Of a stretch of 64,000 nucleotides of DNA, positions 39,058 to 51,200 are shown one piece after another. This DNA is from Callorhinchus milii (lineage: Eukaryota). The stretch's first letter is position 1, and every line of letters starts with the position of its first letter. The notes beneath the pieces are model-generated. The model made no database searches, had not been told where the DNA came from, and saw only the letters and a program-made list of their open reading frames with translations. Position numbers and translations under genes: made by a program. The DNA lies in contig NW_024704751.1 in assembly GCF_018977255.1 (NCBI RefSeq), forward strand, positions 7,130,001 to 7,194,000. The letters run 5' to 3'.

Positions 39058-39958
39058 GGGGGAGAGAGAGAGAGAGAGAGGAAAGGCTGTCACGTCGGCC
39101 AGGAGGCACCGGGAATAAGAAACTCTTGGCTTTCTGGGTCGCTGCTAAAAAAAAAAAACAACTAGAGGCGAGAGAGCAGAAAGCAACCGAAGCCTCGGGG
39201 GGGGGGGGGGGGGACGATAAGGGAATTAAAAAAACCAAAGAAGGTGCATAAAATGTTGCCTCTGGATCTCTCGCCAGTGTGCACTCTGAGACTGAGAAAG
39301 GGAAGTGGCTGAGAGAGAGAGAGAGAGAGAGAGAGAAAAAAACAGCACAAGTTTGCAGGGGGGGAGAGAAAAAGAAGCGAGAGCCCAGGGCCTGGGAGGG
39401 GGGTGGAGGGGGGGAGGAGAGAGCCGTAAAGCTCGTGACACGGCAGCTCTCCCGGGGATTTAATATTCCTGTCAAAAAATAATAATTAAGAGAGACAGAC
39501 AGACAGAGAGAGACAGACACAGAGAGACAGACAGAGACAGACAGACACAGAGAGAGGAATCGGGCTCCAGGGAGGAGAGAGAGAGAGAGACACACACCAA
39601 GGCCCTGAAGCCTGCTCTGCTCACTCGGGCCTCTCCCACAGTGGAGTCACGCAACAAGGCCCTGTCCTTGCCCGGGTTATCATTCCCTCCCCCCACCCCC
39701 CCACCCCCTCACACCCGGCCGCCCGTAACCGACCTCCATTACAGCCCCCCCTCCCCCCCCCCCCCAAAAAAAAAGCCTGGGCCTCCAGTACCTTTCCCCT
39801 CCCCCCACCCCCCACCCACCACCACCGACCCCACCCCACCCCACAACACCACCCCACAAACTCACCGTCAGGGTGTCGTCGATGTAGAGCGGGATCTGGC
39901 GCTTCTCGAAGGGGAACTCTTCCTCCCCGTCTCTGCACACCGCCACCAGGCGCGCCAT
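22725..39958 (-). CDS. GGNBP2: Gametogenetin-binding protein 2, coding exons 1-12
   Basis: Exons 39958-39866 ([31 protein letters not shown]), 33663-33583, 32910-32657, 31361-31263, 28076-27963, 27553-27350 (or 27344), 26474-26300, 25648-25457, 24750-24600, 24348-24223, 23550-23396, 22964-22725. All GT-AG and frame-consistent. With the last exon at 19629-19829 the protein is 694 aa. Confidence 0.97.
25880..26100 (-). mobile_element. Degraded CR1-type LINE 3' fragment
   Basis: Minus strand resembles the CR1 ORF2 end ([16 protein letters not shown]). Confidence 0.5.
33290..33555 (+). mobile_element. CR1-type LINE 3' fragment
   Basis: [13 protein letters not shown] motif and 3' end gatgggctgaatggcctccttcc-like...ttttatgattcta. 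Confidence 0.7.
34263..34555 (-). mobile_element. DeuSINE, internally shortened variant
   Basis: Head, core and tail present. gggattattatcagg joins directly to tgtggagtaagg. Confidence 0.8.
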
Positions 39959-41120
39959 GTCAGGCCGGGCCGGGCCGAGAGAGAGCGAGCGAGCGAGACC
40001 GTGCGGGAGGCGAAGCGGAGGCGAGAGAGCGCGCGAGGCCCGAAACCCGTCGAGAGAAAAGATTTTCTCCTCACGGGGGGTGGAAAAAAAAAACCCTCTC
40101 TCTCTCTCTCTCTCTCGTCTCTATTGACGCATCTATCTCTCGCTCTGTGGTGCGAGGGAGAGAGAGACGAAGCCTCCGCGGGACTCTCTGGCTCCGGCTC
40201 TACGCCCCCTTTCTTGCCCCCTTTCCCCCCCCCACCCCAACCCCACCCCTTTTTCTCTCCGCGCCTCCCGCCCCGGGTTTCTCTCGCTCTCCCTCTCCCT
40301 CTCGCTCTCTCTCTGTCTCGGGGCAGAGAAGAGGAAAATAATAATTCGAATAAAAATGGAAGCGCGTCAGAATCGCCGCATCACCGCCGCCGTCGCCTTT
40401 GCCGCCGCCCTCCCGGACTTCCCTCCCTCCCTCCGCGTCGGCAATTAGTTCCTCTCCCCCTCCCCCCACACCCCCACCTCCTCCGCCTCCTCTCACTGGA
40501 CTGATCCAACTGGAGAGAGAGAAGGGGGGGGGGGGACAGATCCCCTATTTGTTAGTTTTTTTAAAAAAAAAACTGCTTTAAGTAGCCTTTATTCCAATAC
40601 TTTGTGGCATATCACGATACACACTCACACACATATATATATATATATACACATATTTTTATAGGTGCGGACGAATTAAAAGCGACCCTTTAACTTGTGT
40701 GTCCCCCTCCCCCCACCCACACTCCAAATCCACCCGCCCGGGTGTCGCGGTTGGAAGCTGCGGCCGAGGTGGTTTGTAAGTAGTTCGGATGGTACCGTGC
40801 GCGCGCGCGCGTGCGAGAGAGAGAGAGAGGTGCGCGCGCGCGCGGTCTGCTCGCGCACGCGCGCCCTTATCTGGGCCCCTTGGTGTCAACCCGCAGCGCG
40901 CAGGACACCTCCACCGCTCTCCTCCCTCCCCCCTCCACATCCCCCCTCCCCGCCCCCCACAAACACCATCCACTCCCCCACTGTTTGTGGATCCGCAATC
41001 GGCCGCCGCGCTTCGCCCACAAAATGTACTCTACAGCGTTATCCATCCTGTGAAGCGCTTTGAGAGCGTCTCGAAGACGCGACAAGGCGCTGCGTCAAAG
41101 GCACGATTGTTCCTTGTTGT
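39640..41120 (-). promoter_or_regulatory. CpG island / promoter of GGNBP2
   Basis: CpG-rich stretch covering and upstream of the GGNBP2 ATG (39958), with (CG)n runs at ~40800-40865. Confidence 0.75.
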
Positions 41121-41586
41121 AACTTGCCAATTAGCGGATAACATGTCGGTGTGTGCGGGAGTGAAATATATTTGAAATACACCGTTGAGAGTTAAAAGGG
41201 GTCCAACACTGAGTGGGATGAACGAGCGAAGTAAGCTGTGAGAGTACAATACAACATTACATTTCTATAGGGGGCCTTTCACGTTGGGAGGACGTCCCAA
41301 GGCGCTGGACAGTCAGCAATTTGGACCTGAGCTTGGGGTCGGGGAGTGTAGGAGGGCGGCAAAAGGCTCGGTTGAAGAGGAAAGTTTTGAGACAAGTAAC
41401 ATTTTAATTAAACCATTTATTAGCAAGTTAATGTCTAAAATGTAAATTATGTATATGATTTAAAATAAAGCACCCAATACTGACCACATTACAAAAGCAG
41501 GAATCAGTGTTTACTTGATACTGCAGAAAATAATCCCAATACTTATGACATTTCCAAATTTACAGCTGCTGAATTCAGTCAGAGAA

Positions 41587-43095
41587 TCACCAGAACTTTA
41601 GAGTAATGTTCTTAATATGCAAGACAGTTACGACGAGACAATTACAAAACATATATAAGAAAAGTACAATGATGGAAATAAATGCGTCGCAATGAATAGT
41701 ATCCACTGCAAGGTTCACTACACCAGTCAGGACATTAGACAGCAGGAAAAAGAACAGCTGGTTTCTGCTTATAGCCTCAATAAGGCAGGCATTTACGGAT
41801 CCTGAAGTTTTACTTTTAGAGCAAGTGCTACTGCTTTGGGACAATTCTGGTGAATTATTCCATGAACTAGGCACATTCCACACCCCTGACAGCATTTTAG
41901 CAAATACCAAGACAAGGTCTGCCAGCATGTAAAGAATCAGAAAAAAGAAGCACTGGCCAACTACCCATATAACAAACGTGAGATTGCTGAGCTTACGAGA
42001 CACTGGCTCAATGCATACCTCACAAGCATACAGCAGCAGCCATGATACAACAGTGCCCAACACAAGGAAAGGCAACATTTTTATCCAGTCTTCTACCAAC
42101 GCCCTCCTCTTCATTATATATAAGCCAGACTGCACACCAGCAATATAAATGGCTATGTATCCGAACACCGAAAACAATCCTTCACGGTTGGCATTAATAA
42201 ACCCATTCCTGTTGTCTTTGCCATCACTACCATGTAATATAAATTGCTTGAGGTTAGTGGTTTCCAGAATCCATTGATAGATCATCGCAATACTAGCAGA
42301 TAAAACCCAAGTTTTGCTGACAGGGCAAAGTGCCATAAGAAACGATGATAGGATCCTTACAACAGCCAGTGTGAAAAAGAAGTTCCAGTGTACACCATAT
42401 TCAGATAGATGCTCATGGTAATCAATTCCTTTGACACTCAGTAAGCGAGCTAACCCCAGGAAAACTAATGGCCAAACTGATATGAACTGCTTCGCCACAA
42501 AAGTAAATTTAGAATGGAATATGCTTTTGCTCTTTTGCCTTGCCTCTGGAGAAACGAGTGCATTTGCAAAAACAAAAGCCCCCACACCAAAATCCATAAT
42601 TCCAGTCCCATAAGTTTCAGCTTTAGCATAGCGTCTGGGAAATATCCTGAAGTCCACGGCCAGAATGGCGATGCAGGTCATAATGTTGACAAAGACCCGA
42701 AACACGGTGACGAAGGGAATGCGATTCATTTCTAAGCTGGTTTTTGAGAACAGTCTCACAATCTCTTTGAAGCGTTGGTCTCTGTAACGTCTCCTTTGCT
42801 GGTATAACTGAAACAGGGACATCCCGAGAATAGCTGATAGGCTCAGCACCACCCAGTGAAGTGCATCTGACAAAACAGTACAGCATAGTACGAGAGATGC
42901 CACCAACATACTGAAATCCATCAGCAGAAGGCTTTTCCAAGAAAGTGTTGCTGCACCTCGTCTGAAGGAATATATCAGCACCAATCCTCGGCAGACAACA
43001 CATAATGAAGGCAGAATTAAACCCAATAATACCTCAAACAAGTTGGTGCCAGTCAGGTCACTGACAAATGCCACTTTGAGTTCTTTCAGTGACAT
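41587..43095 (-). CDS. PIGW: GPI inositol acyltransferase PIG-W (GWT1 family), 502 aa, single coding exon
   Basis: Uninterrupted multi-TM ORF with ILAVDFRIFPRRYAKAETYGTGIMDFGVG, EYGVHWNFFFTL and NANREG motifs. Splice acceptor just upstream (exon starts 43115). AATAAA on minus at 41416-41421. Syntenic position. Confidence 0.97.
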   Translation of the reverse strand: MSLKELKVAFVSDLTGTNLFEVLLGLILPSLCVVCRGLVLIYSFRRGAATLSWKSLLLMDFSMLVASLVLCCTVLSDALHWVVLSLSAILGMSLFQLYQQRRRYRDQRFKEIVRLFSKTSLEMNRIPFVTVFRVFVNIMTCIAILAVDFRIFPRRYAKAETYGTGIMDFGVGAFVFANALVSPEARQKSKSIFHSKFTFVAKQFISVWPLVFLGLARLLSVKGIDYHEHLSEYGVHWNFFFTLAVVRILSSFLMALCPVSKTWVLSASIAMIYQWILETTNLKQFILHGSDGKDNRNGFINANREGLFSVFGYIAIYIAGVQSGLYIMKRRALVEDWIKMLPFLVLGTVVSWLLLYACEVCIEPVSRKLSNLTFVIWVVGQCFFFLILYMLADLVLVFAKMLSGVWNVPSSWNNSPELSQSSSTCSKSKTSGSVNACLIEAISRNQLFFFLLSNVLTGVVNLAVDTIHCDAFISIIVLFLYMFCNCLVVTVLHIKNITLKFW

Positions 43096-43649
43096 TTCTG
43101 GATCATTTATTTTTCCTGAAAGACAAAAAAAACCTATTCATCATAAAATATACTGCAAGTGCATATACGGCAATATAGCAACATTTAGTTGATAACTAAT
43201 TTGCTATTGTACGATCGGGAAAAATACTTATAATGGGTATTTTGTGAAAATTTGCCAAGTAGAAATTGACTGTGGGGTTTGGTTCTTCCTCCCCCCAAAA
43301 AACTCTGTACTTGAAAACCCTGTCAAATACTTTTGAGATGATTCCATCGTATAGGCAATGCATCAAATGTGAAAAAAAATTGAACAGTTCGAATGAATCA
43401 AATGCATTATCACGAATATTCACCTTCATTCATCTCATTTCATTCCTTTTGACCACTAAAATATCTTCCCAGACCACGAGTCATTCCCTGCCTCGTCTTG
43501 TAAATTATAATAATCTGTCCTTTGGATCAAACGTCAAAACAGAGGCCCTGTCTGCTCGTTCAGATGACGTTAAAAGATCCCACAGCACTATTCGACAAGA
43601 GAAGGGAGTTTTTTCGCCATTGTGGCCAATTGTCCCCCAAATGAAATTG

Positions 43650-45250
43650 GTCCATCGCGTCGCGCCTGTTTGTGGGACATCGCTCTCCGCAATTGCGCTG
43701 TCGCGTTCGCCCGCGGTCACTCAAATTCCACAATAAATCCTGCGAAGCGCTTGGAGACGTCCTTCTGGCGCGGCAAGGCGCCACACCGGGCGCCAGGGTC
43801 ACGTTGCGGCCGTCGGGACTTTCCAAAGCGTCTCGAGAGAGACGTCGTGATGGCGTCGTGTCTTCCGGCTATGTTGCTGATGATGACGATGGTGATGGTG
43901 ATGGGGGTGGGGGGGGGAATGTGTAAAAAGTGGGGCCTTGTCCCACCACTGGGAAAGCGTCTACCTGCAGGTTTGGCCCTCGCCGGTAAAACGGGGGGGG
44001 GGAGGGGGGGGCACGGACCAGCACTGCTGGGCAAAATGGCCTTTTCTCGTCCACCACAAGTTGCATGGACGCAGCAGCGTCTCGGGGGCAAGGGAGGGTG
44101 GCGTCGGGAGAGACCCGCGGGAGGAGGAGAGAGGGGCGGACACGACCACCCGCTTCACCGGCGAAAACCCGAGCCAAGCGGTTCGGTTCAAATTCCCACT
44201 TGAACCGCGCGCAGACGGCACCGCTGCGGAACCGGGTGCAACGTGCGCACGACGTGATGACGGCGGACGGCACGCCACACCCTTCTCCTCTCCCCCTCCC
44301 CCCGCCCCGCCCTCAGTTGACACGTCACCCGTACGCAACAAGTGATGACGTTCGCCGCGAGGAGACGGTCGCGAGCTGTTTTCGCGAGCGATGGAAGCCC
44401 ACGAATGGCCGCCACCTACTCGCTCGCTCGCTCTCTCTCTTGAGGGCAGAGGTTGCAGCACAGTAACGCCCGGTCAGGTCGGCGGGAGCGGGTGGTTCAG
44501 TGACAGATCCTCGGTGACTGACTGACTTGACTGTGTGAGTGAGTGAGTGAGTGAGTGAGTGAGGGGCGAGCGGGCAGCGGGACCCGGGCGCTGCCATGGC
44601 GACGGCAGGGAGCGGACCGGGTCAGAGGTCAGGCGCCTGCGCGGTCCTCGGCCATCTTGGCAGCGCAGCGAGCGCGTCCTTCAGGGCGGCCGAGGAGAGG
44701 AGAGGAGAGGGCCGGACCGGTGACCTCCTCCTCCTCCTCCTCAACCCGCAGGGATGGAGCAGTGAGAAGGGGAAGCGATGGCGGCGGCGGCGGCCTCGGC
44801 CTTCAATGCCAAGCGAGCGGCGGGAGAGCGGCAGGTAACGGGGGCGGAGTGCGAGCGAGCGGGCGGGAGGGACCGGCCTGGCGGCCTGGGGAATGGTCGC
44901 CCCCTCGGCTTTACTTGTCTTCCCTTTGCTCCTGTGGGGCCCATGTGGCCACTTTCCTCGCTGTCCATCCTTTGCAAAGATCGCGCGGTGCTATTCGAAA
45001 AGAGAAGGGAGTTTCTCTCTCTCTCTGTCTCTCTCTCTCTCTCCTTCTTCCCTGCTGTCCCGGCCGACGATCCCGCCCAAATAAACTGTACCCGGCAACT
45101 CCTTTGTTTTTTTTTCTTCCCCCTCCCCTCTCAAAATAATATTGGTCACTCACTTCACTGACCGTTTGCGGGAACCTCCTGTGCGCAAGACTGGCTGCCG
45201 GGTTTGGCTCGCAAAAATCTGCGAGGGTCCACTTGACGCTGTAATAATAA
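43650..45250. promoter_or_regulatory. Bidirectional CpG-island promoter shared by PIGW (-) and MYO19 (+)
   Basis: Head-to-head genes. YY1-like CGGCCATCTTG at 44649-44659, X-box-like GCTGCCATGGCGAC at 44590-44603, and CRE-like CGTCA/TGACG at ~44323-44350. Confidence 0.8.
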
Positions 45251-48200
45251 TAATAATAATAATAATCCTTGCATTTGATATAGCGCTTTTCACGTCGGGA
45301 GGACGTCCCAAAGCGCTTCACAGAATATACTGTATTCCGCGAAGCGCTTTGAGAAGTCTCTCAACGACACGAGAGGATGCGCCATCGGATGCCATCGGGG
45401 TTTATCGTTCTTCGTTGTTTTAAAACACGCAGTCGGTCCATTTTGCGGTATGTTCCCGTGAAGCGCTTTTCGATGTCTCAGCAATTGTGACGAGGCGCTC
45501 TGTATATCAAAGCGAGGATTATTATTATTAATCCTCCTCCCACACTCGGCTCATGCCATTATTTCAGTTGGTTTTTTGAATTTTAAACCGGTGACTCCCT
45601 TTCCGTCTGGAAAAATCCAGCTTCTGTGAGGCGCTGAATTGACATGTGTTGCTGTGACTCACACCCACTTGGAAGTGTTGTTCATTTTTTTAATATATAT
45701 ATATGTATACACATATAAAAAACATTTTTTTAAAAATCTGTTTCTGTTGAATAGTAATAATAGAGTACCAAAGAGATAATGATTTATGACTGGTTGTTTC
45801 TGCAATTGTTTCAGTTCAGCTAAACCCAGACTCAGTGGGTAATACTAGTTAGGTACTGGCGGAGAAAGAGAACAGCCCAAGAGTTAGGGAATCTGACTAC
45901 TAGAATAATTCTTGAGCTGAATATTTGCTCTTTTCCTGGATGGAAAACCAGTGCATGAACATCAGCTACCTCATGATGATTCTAACGTGTTAATTAAACT
46001 TTACTCATTTACAATGTGTCTAGGTTACAATAAGGGCAGAGCAACTGAGATAAAGTGTTGGGTGCTTTTTAGTCCAAAAATACATCAATTGTTTTTTTCC
46101 CTAAAGACAGCTGACAGATGGTGCAGTAAGAACTCAATTTAGAGTGATAATAGCTATGTTGTGGTTCAGAGAATTCTCTAGGTTGTTGTTTAGGGCCTTC
46201 TCCAGGCATAATTGTAGCACTGGGACATTTAAGAGTGACACTGTGCTTCTTAATAAACCGGTTTCAGGTCTGTTGGGTCTGTATTTATAGTACCAGGCAA
46301 GCCTTATTAAAACGAGTTTCATTTTTCAGAATATAACTCCACCCTGTTGTTGCAATTGGTGAGGTTCATATAAAATTATTTCAGCATGGACTGGATGTTT
46401 TCTATGAAAGTAGAGCTTAGAGATGACTCACAGCACATACAGCAACCACAATACTCAGTGTACCATGAAACACAAAATCATTGCTTGAGAGGTTGCTGTT
46501 GTTCATTTTAAATATCGGATCAAATAAAAAATTGGCAGAGCAGACTAGTGGTGGCTCATTAACATTGTTTGGCATAGAAACAATGCCTGGGTATTCAATA
46601 TTGTAAGCGGAGATGAACTTGCTTAATAACTCACTAATGTTTGCTTATCTCGTGCTCATGTGTGCACAGGAGATGTGTTCCATTGAAGGGTCATTCAATG
46701 TTCGAACCTATCATGGAGGCATTTTGAGTTTCTAATTGTTCTGTTTCAGGCTGATGACTTTAAAAAGAACCAACAGGTTTCAAACCACACTACGTATAAT
46801 GGAATGGAGGAGGAGGTGAAAGCTTTTCTTATTAATGAAGAGCAGTTGCACACTTTTGATGACCTCACGAAAGTCAACCCAGTAACTACTGCCACAGGTA
46901 ACTATTTGTGTAGTAACCTGATTCAGTGGGTTGTTTTCAAATGCTGTTTGTGGAGCTCCCCCTGGTGACCTAGTGGGTAAAAACATTTTCCAGAAGAATC
47001 ATCTAAGTCCTTGGCAAACTGCACAATAATAATAATAATATGTTTTAGTTTAAATAATCTAGATGTTTAAAATGAAATGTGGCTTATATACCTTTTCTCT
47101 CTCTCTCTCTGTAGTTTTAAAATGCTTGCAAGCAAGATATGCAACCAGCCTGTTTTACACACACGCGGGTTGTACCCTGGTGGCCCTTAATCCGTTCCAG
47201 CCTGTACCTAACTTGTATTCCTTCAACATTATGAGAGATTATCACACAGCATCTCGGCCTCAGGTAAACTCAACGTCAGAACAGCTATTTGTCTCATGGA
47301 TTTAGTAGCACACTACTAAATTGTCTGGAAACTGGCTATTGTAAGATATAAAGAAAAATAAATTTTAAACAGATTTTTTAAAAGGCTGCCTTTCATTCTC
47401 TTCAGGACTTGCAACCCCACATTTACATAGTGGCTGAACTAGCCTTCAGGAATGTCCAGGGCCAGGTGGAGCCAATTAACCAGTCCCTAATAGTCAGTGG
47501 GGAGAGCGGTGCTGGAAAGGTATGGAGCAAATTTAAGAGATCCGTGTGGAGGTACTGGTATGTGGGGCTCTGTTGGTTAGGTAGGAGTCCTGCAAATTGA
47601 AGTATTTAGAAATTATGTTGTTAAAACATACCTGTGACTACTGCAGGGGTTAACTAGTCAACCTGTCACAGCGCTCGCCTTAATAGATGCTTTGTGATTC
47701 TTTGTCTGTTCGTTAACTAGTTTAATGCAGAAATTATAGACGCAAGTATACAAATTCTCGAAATGGTTCTGCACATTATATAACCACTTGTGCGATCATG
47801 GTCACTGTGACTTTGAAAGTCTCTGCCAACAGTCAGGTGATGGATTTGAAAAGCACTTGTTGCTCTTTTTGCACTGTGTGTTTTTTGAACATGGTTGGCA
47901 ACTTAAATCCAATTCTTACCAATTGGTTTCTCTGTGTAGTACCTAGTGATGTACATGCAACAACACTTTGGCTGCTTAATTTGAGGATAGTGTGCTGTCC
48001 AGTGCTTCATTGTAGTCAGTGGCAACAACTTATGAAGTGTAAATCCCCTCTTCCCTCACAGTTAAATGTGAAGGAGGGATTAATAGTTGTGTCTTAACGC
48101 ATGTAAGATAATATTTTCAATCGTAATAAACTCTGTGGCTTTCACCAACTGCTTAAGCTGAGGAATGGTGGAGCTGCTGGATTAATCCGAGCGGAATGCA

Positions 48201-51200
48201 ATGCTGGAGTCGAGCTCCATGCACCTTTTCTTGACTGGAACAGCTTCAGTTATTAACTAATGCATTTGTGCACAGGAAATAATACAGGTGGATATAAGTC
48301 TCGATAATACCACAATAAATAGACTTCACCACTCGATATGTCTTAAGTTATGAAATGTGGATTTCCAGCACAAGCAAGTTGTTTTAATCACCTTATCTCT
48401 GACGTCTCCCGCTGCAGACATGGACATCACGTTGCCTTATGAACTACTTTGCCACCGTTGCTGCCTCGTCCACCTCTGCTAAGTGCCAGGAGCACGTGGA
48501 AAGGATCGAAAAGCGAGTTCTTGACTCCAACCCAGTGATGGAGGCATTTGGTAAGTGAGTGCAATGGGTTTTTGGCGATCGATGCTTGTTTCAGACTCTC
48601 TTGAGAACCAGCGCCTTGGGACGTCCTCCCGACGTGAAAGGTGCTATACAAATGTAATTTGCTATTGCATTGCATTTTGCCTTACTTGGAGGGCGAAAGA
48701 GCAGGGAATTGAAATTTCGATGGGTGCCATCTTGAGAGGAGCAAACATCGAAGCAAAATATGGGCCAGATATGACCTCCTGTTTCATGTAGTGAAATGGG
48801 TTCAACTGTCCTGTTTTGGGGATTAAACACATGTCGGTAGCTCCTAACTGGGTTTGTGCTCACAAATAAATCTACACATGACAAAACACTCTTCTTGACC
48901 AGTGTTGTTTACTCTACACAGGAAACGCTTGCACTTTACGGAATCACAATAGCAGCCGATTTGGGAAATACATCCAGCTGCAGCTAAACAGGTGATACAG
49001 CGAGTTACAATTTCCATCAGTTTTTACAGTGAACCAACCATTCCAAGATTAAATCCACAGCAGCATTATGAGCCTGACCTGGAATATCATCATTTTTCCA
49101 GGAAGGAAAGAATTTTTTTTAATATAACATGACTGTCATGGCTGTTTTTGCATATAAAAATATCCTTCAGGCCAACGGTCATCCACCTCCAATAAAACAT
49201 ATTTTTGAGTCCCTGTCAACCCTCTGTTTTATTGTCACACAGGTCACAACAACTGGAGGGAGCCTCTGTACACACCTACCTTTTGGAGAAAACTCGAGTC
49301 GCTTATCAAGCTCCGTCCGAGAGAAACTTTCACATCTTTTACCAGGTACGGCAGTGACCCTGTGTAATGGGCTGGTGTTTGCTCAAAGTCGTTCCAATGT
49401 AAGGAGGTGTTTTTGGACTGTATTGAAGAGTGTGACTTGGCGTGTTACTGGACACCGAGTTTTACTGAGATTGAGTTGTGGGTAGCATGTTGTAAACCAG
49501 TTCCAGCCAGAGTCACTTTCACATCTCTCGGTTTACAGTGCAGCCGGATACCTCAAGTACTTCACAGGCTTCAAATTACACAATGTCAGGGCTTGGAGAT
49601 TAACTGTTACTTTAGCTGGAGGAGCAGAGGGAGGAAAGCACCCAGAAGATCTGCTAAATCAATGCCCTGTATCGTGTCATTGACCACATTAACCTGGATA
49701 GGAACAGTGGGAGGCCATCGAGTCTGCTTCGTCATTTATTAGACCACGCTGGATCTTTCAACCACATCTCCATGCACCTTACTTAATAGCAATGTGCACT
49801 AAGTGCTCCAAGACACTACCCTTTGTGAAGGTTACTATATAAATGCAAGTTGTGTAGTCTGGATGCTGGAACTCATTGATGCGTCTTGTCTTTAGATCAT
49901 CAAAGGAGCCACTCAGGAGCAGAGGTCAGAGTGGAATCTGTCCAAAACAGCAGAATTTGTCTGGTTACCAAACGTTGCAGAGACTTTAGAAGGTTAGTCA
50001 GAGTGAGGGAACCATTATCCAACCCTGGATGTAAAGGCAGGTTACCCTGGATGGCCACACTAACAAGATTCTGTTCATTCAATTTGTTAAATATAATGAA
50101 GTGAATCTACAGAATATTACCTTATGGGCATTATAATAATCCGTGCAATGGTATAGAATCTTTCACATCGTGGGGGACACCTCAAAGCGCTTCCCTGCAT
50201 GTAAAGTGTAGCTGTGTATTTTTGTAGGAAAAACAATATCATACAACCTCCAGTCATACTTTTTTCCTTTATCGCGTGCAGAAGAGCAACTTGAGGAGAC
50301 CAAAGCTGCGATGCTGCATCTGGGCATCGACAATGACAAGCAGGACCAGGTGTTCAGGGTAAGGAAGCACCATCTTATTTCCTGTCATTTTGATCATGCG
50401 TATCGGTAGCTTCAGTTCAGAAATCCAATCAAATGCAAGGATTATTATTACTGTGTTGTGCTCAGGTTATTCCAGAATGTAAGCTACACTGTTTTCAGGA
50501 TATTCTTAAGAGTATTAATGCCATTTGCATTCTTGTGATCCGTATTCCCCTTTCCCGCAGTTGCGGCCCCGCAATAGCCTCTGTAGCTGCTGAAACCTCA
50601 CGGATGTTGGCTTTTCTGTGCTTTTCCCCATTAGATTCTAGTAGGTCTTCTAAACCTCGGCAACGTGGGCTTCAGCTCCCCTGCGGATGAGTCTCAGCCG
50701 TGTGAGCTGAAGGAAGACACTAAAGGTAGGAGCCATTCGATGTATTATTGCATTTTTTTAAAAACATTACCTTATGGCAGAACTTTAGGAATTCTGTAAG
50801 TCAATTTTAGTTAGATTCTCAGAGGCTTATTCCCAGTCAGTAAAGAAAGATTTTTCTCATGTCCTGTGAATAGTTGCAAAAATAGTAAAGATGTTAAATT
50901 TTGAGCAGCTGTGTGGATGTGTTTTCCAGGGTGAGAGTGTTTGCAGTCTGCTGTCCTCTGAGGGTTAATATATCCTCAGAAAATTAATGGGTGGAGTCCT
51001 GTAGCTTAGTGGTTAGAGCACTTGCCTCTCAAACAAGAGGGCCTGGGTTTGATTACCAGGCAGGGCGAAACATTGGGCAAGTTTCCTTACTCCGCATCCC
51101 TCTGTTTACCTAGCAGTAAGTAAGTCGGACTGGCAGATCGCTTTTCTGGGGGGAATAATAGTCCCTTCAAAAAAGTAATAATTTGGTCACTCAGTCCATA

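Noticed and set aside
39641-40504. Long Pro/Arg/Gly-rich ORFs at CpG islands (also 22119-22739, 43622-45139, 62875-63741)
   Set aside because: Stop-poor GC-rich, low-complexity sequence with no recognisable domain.
50993-51070. tRNA-like A/B boxes (also ~1670-1739 and ~35065-35130)
   Set aside because: They continue directly into the SINE body and tail, so they are SINE heads rather than tRNA genes.
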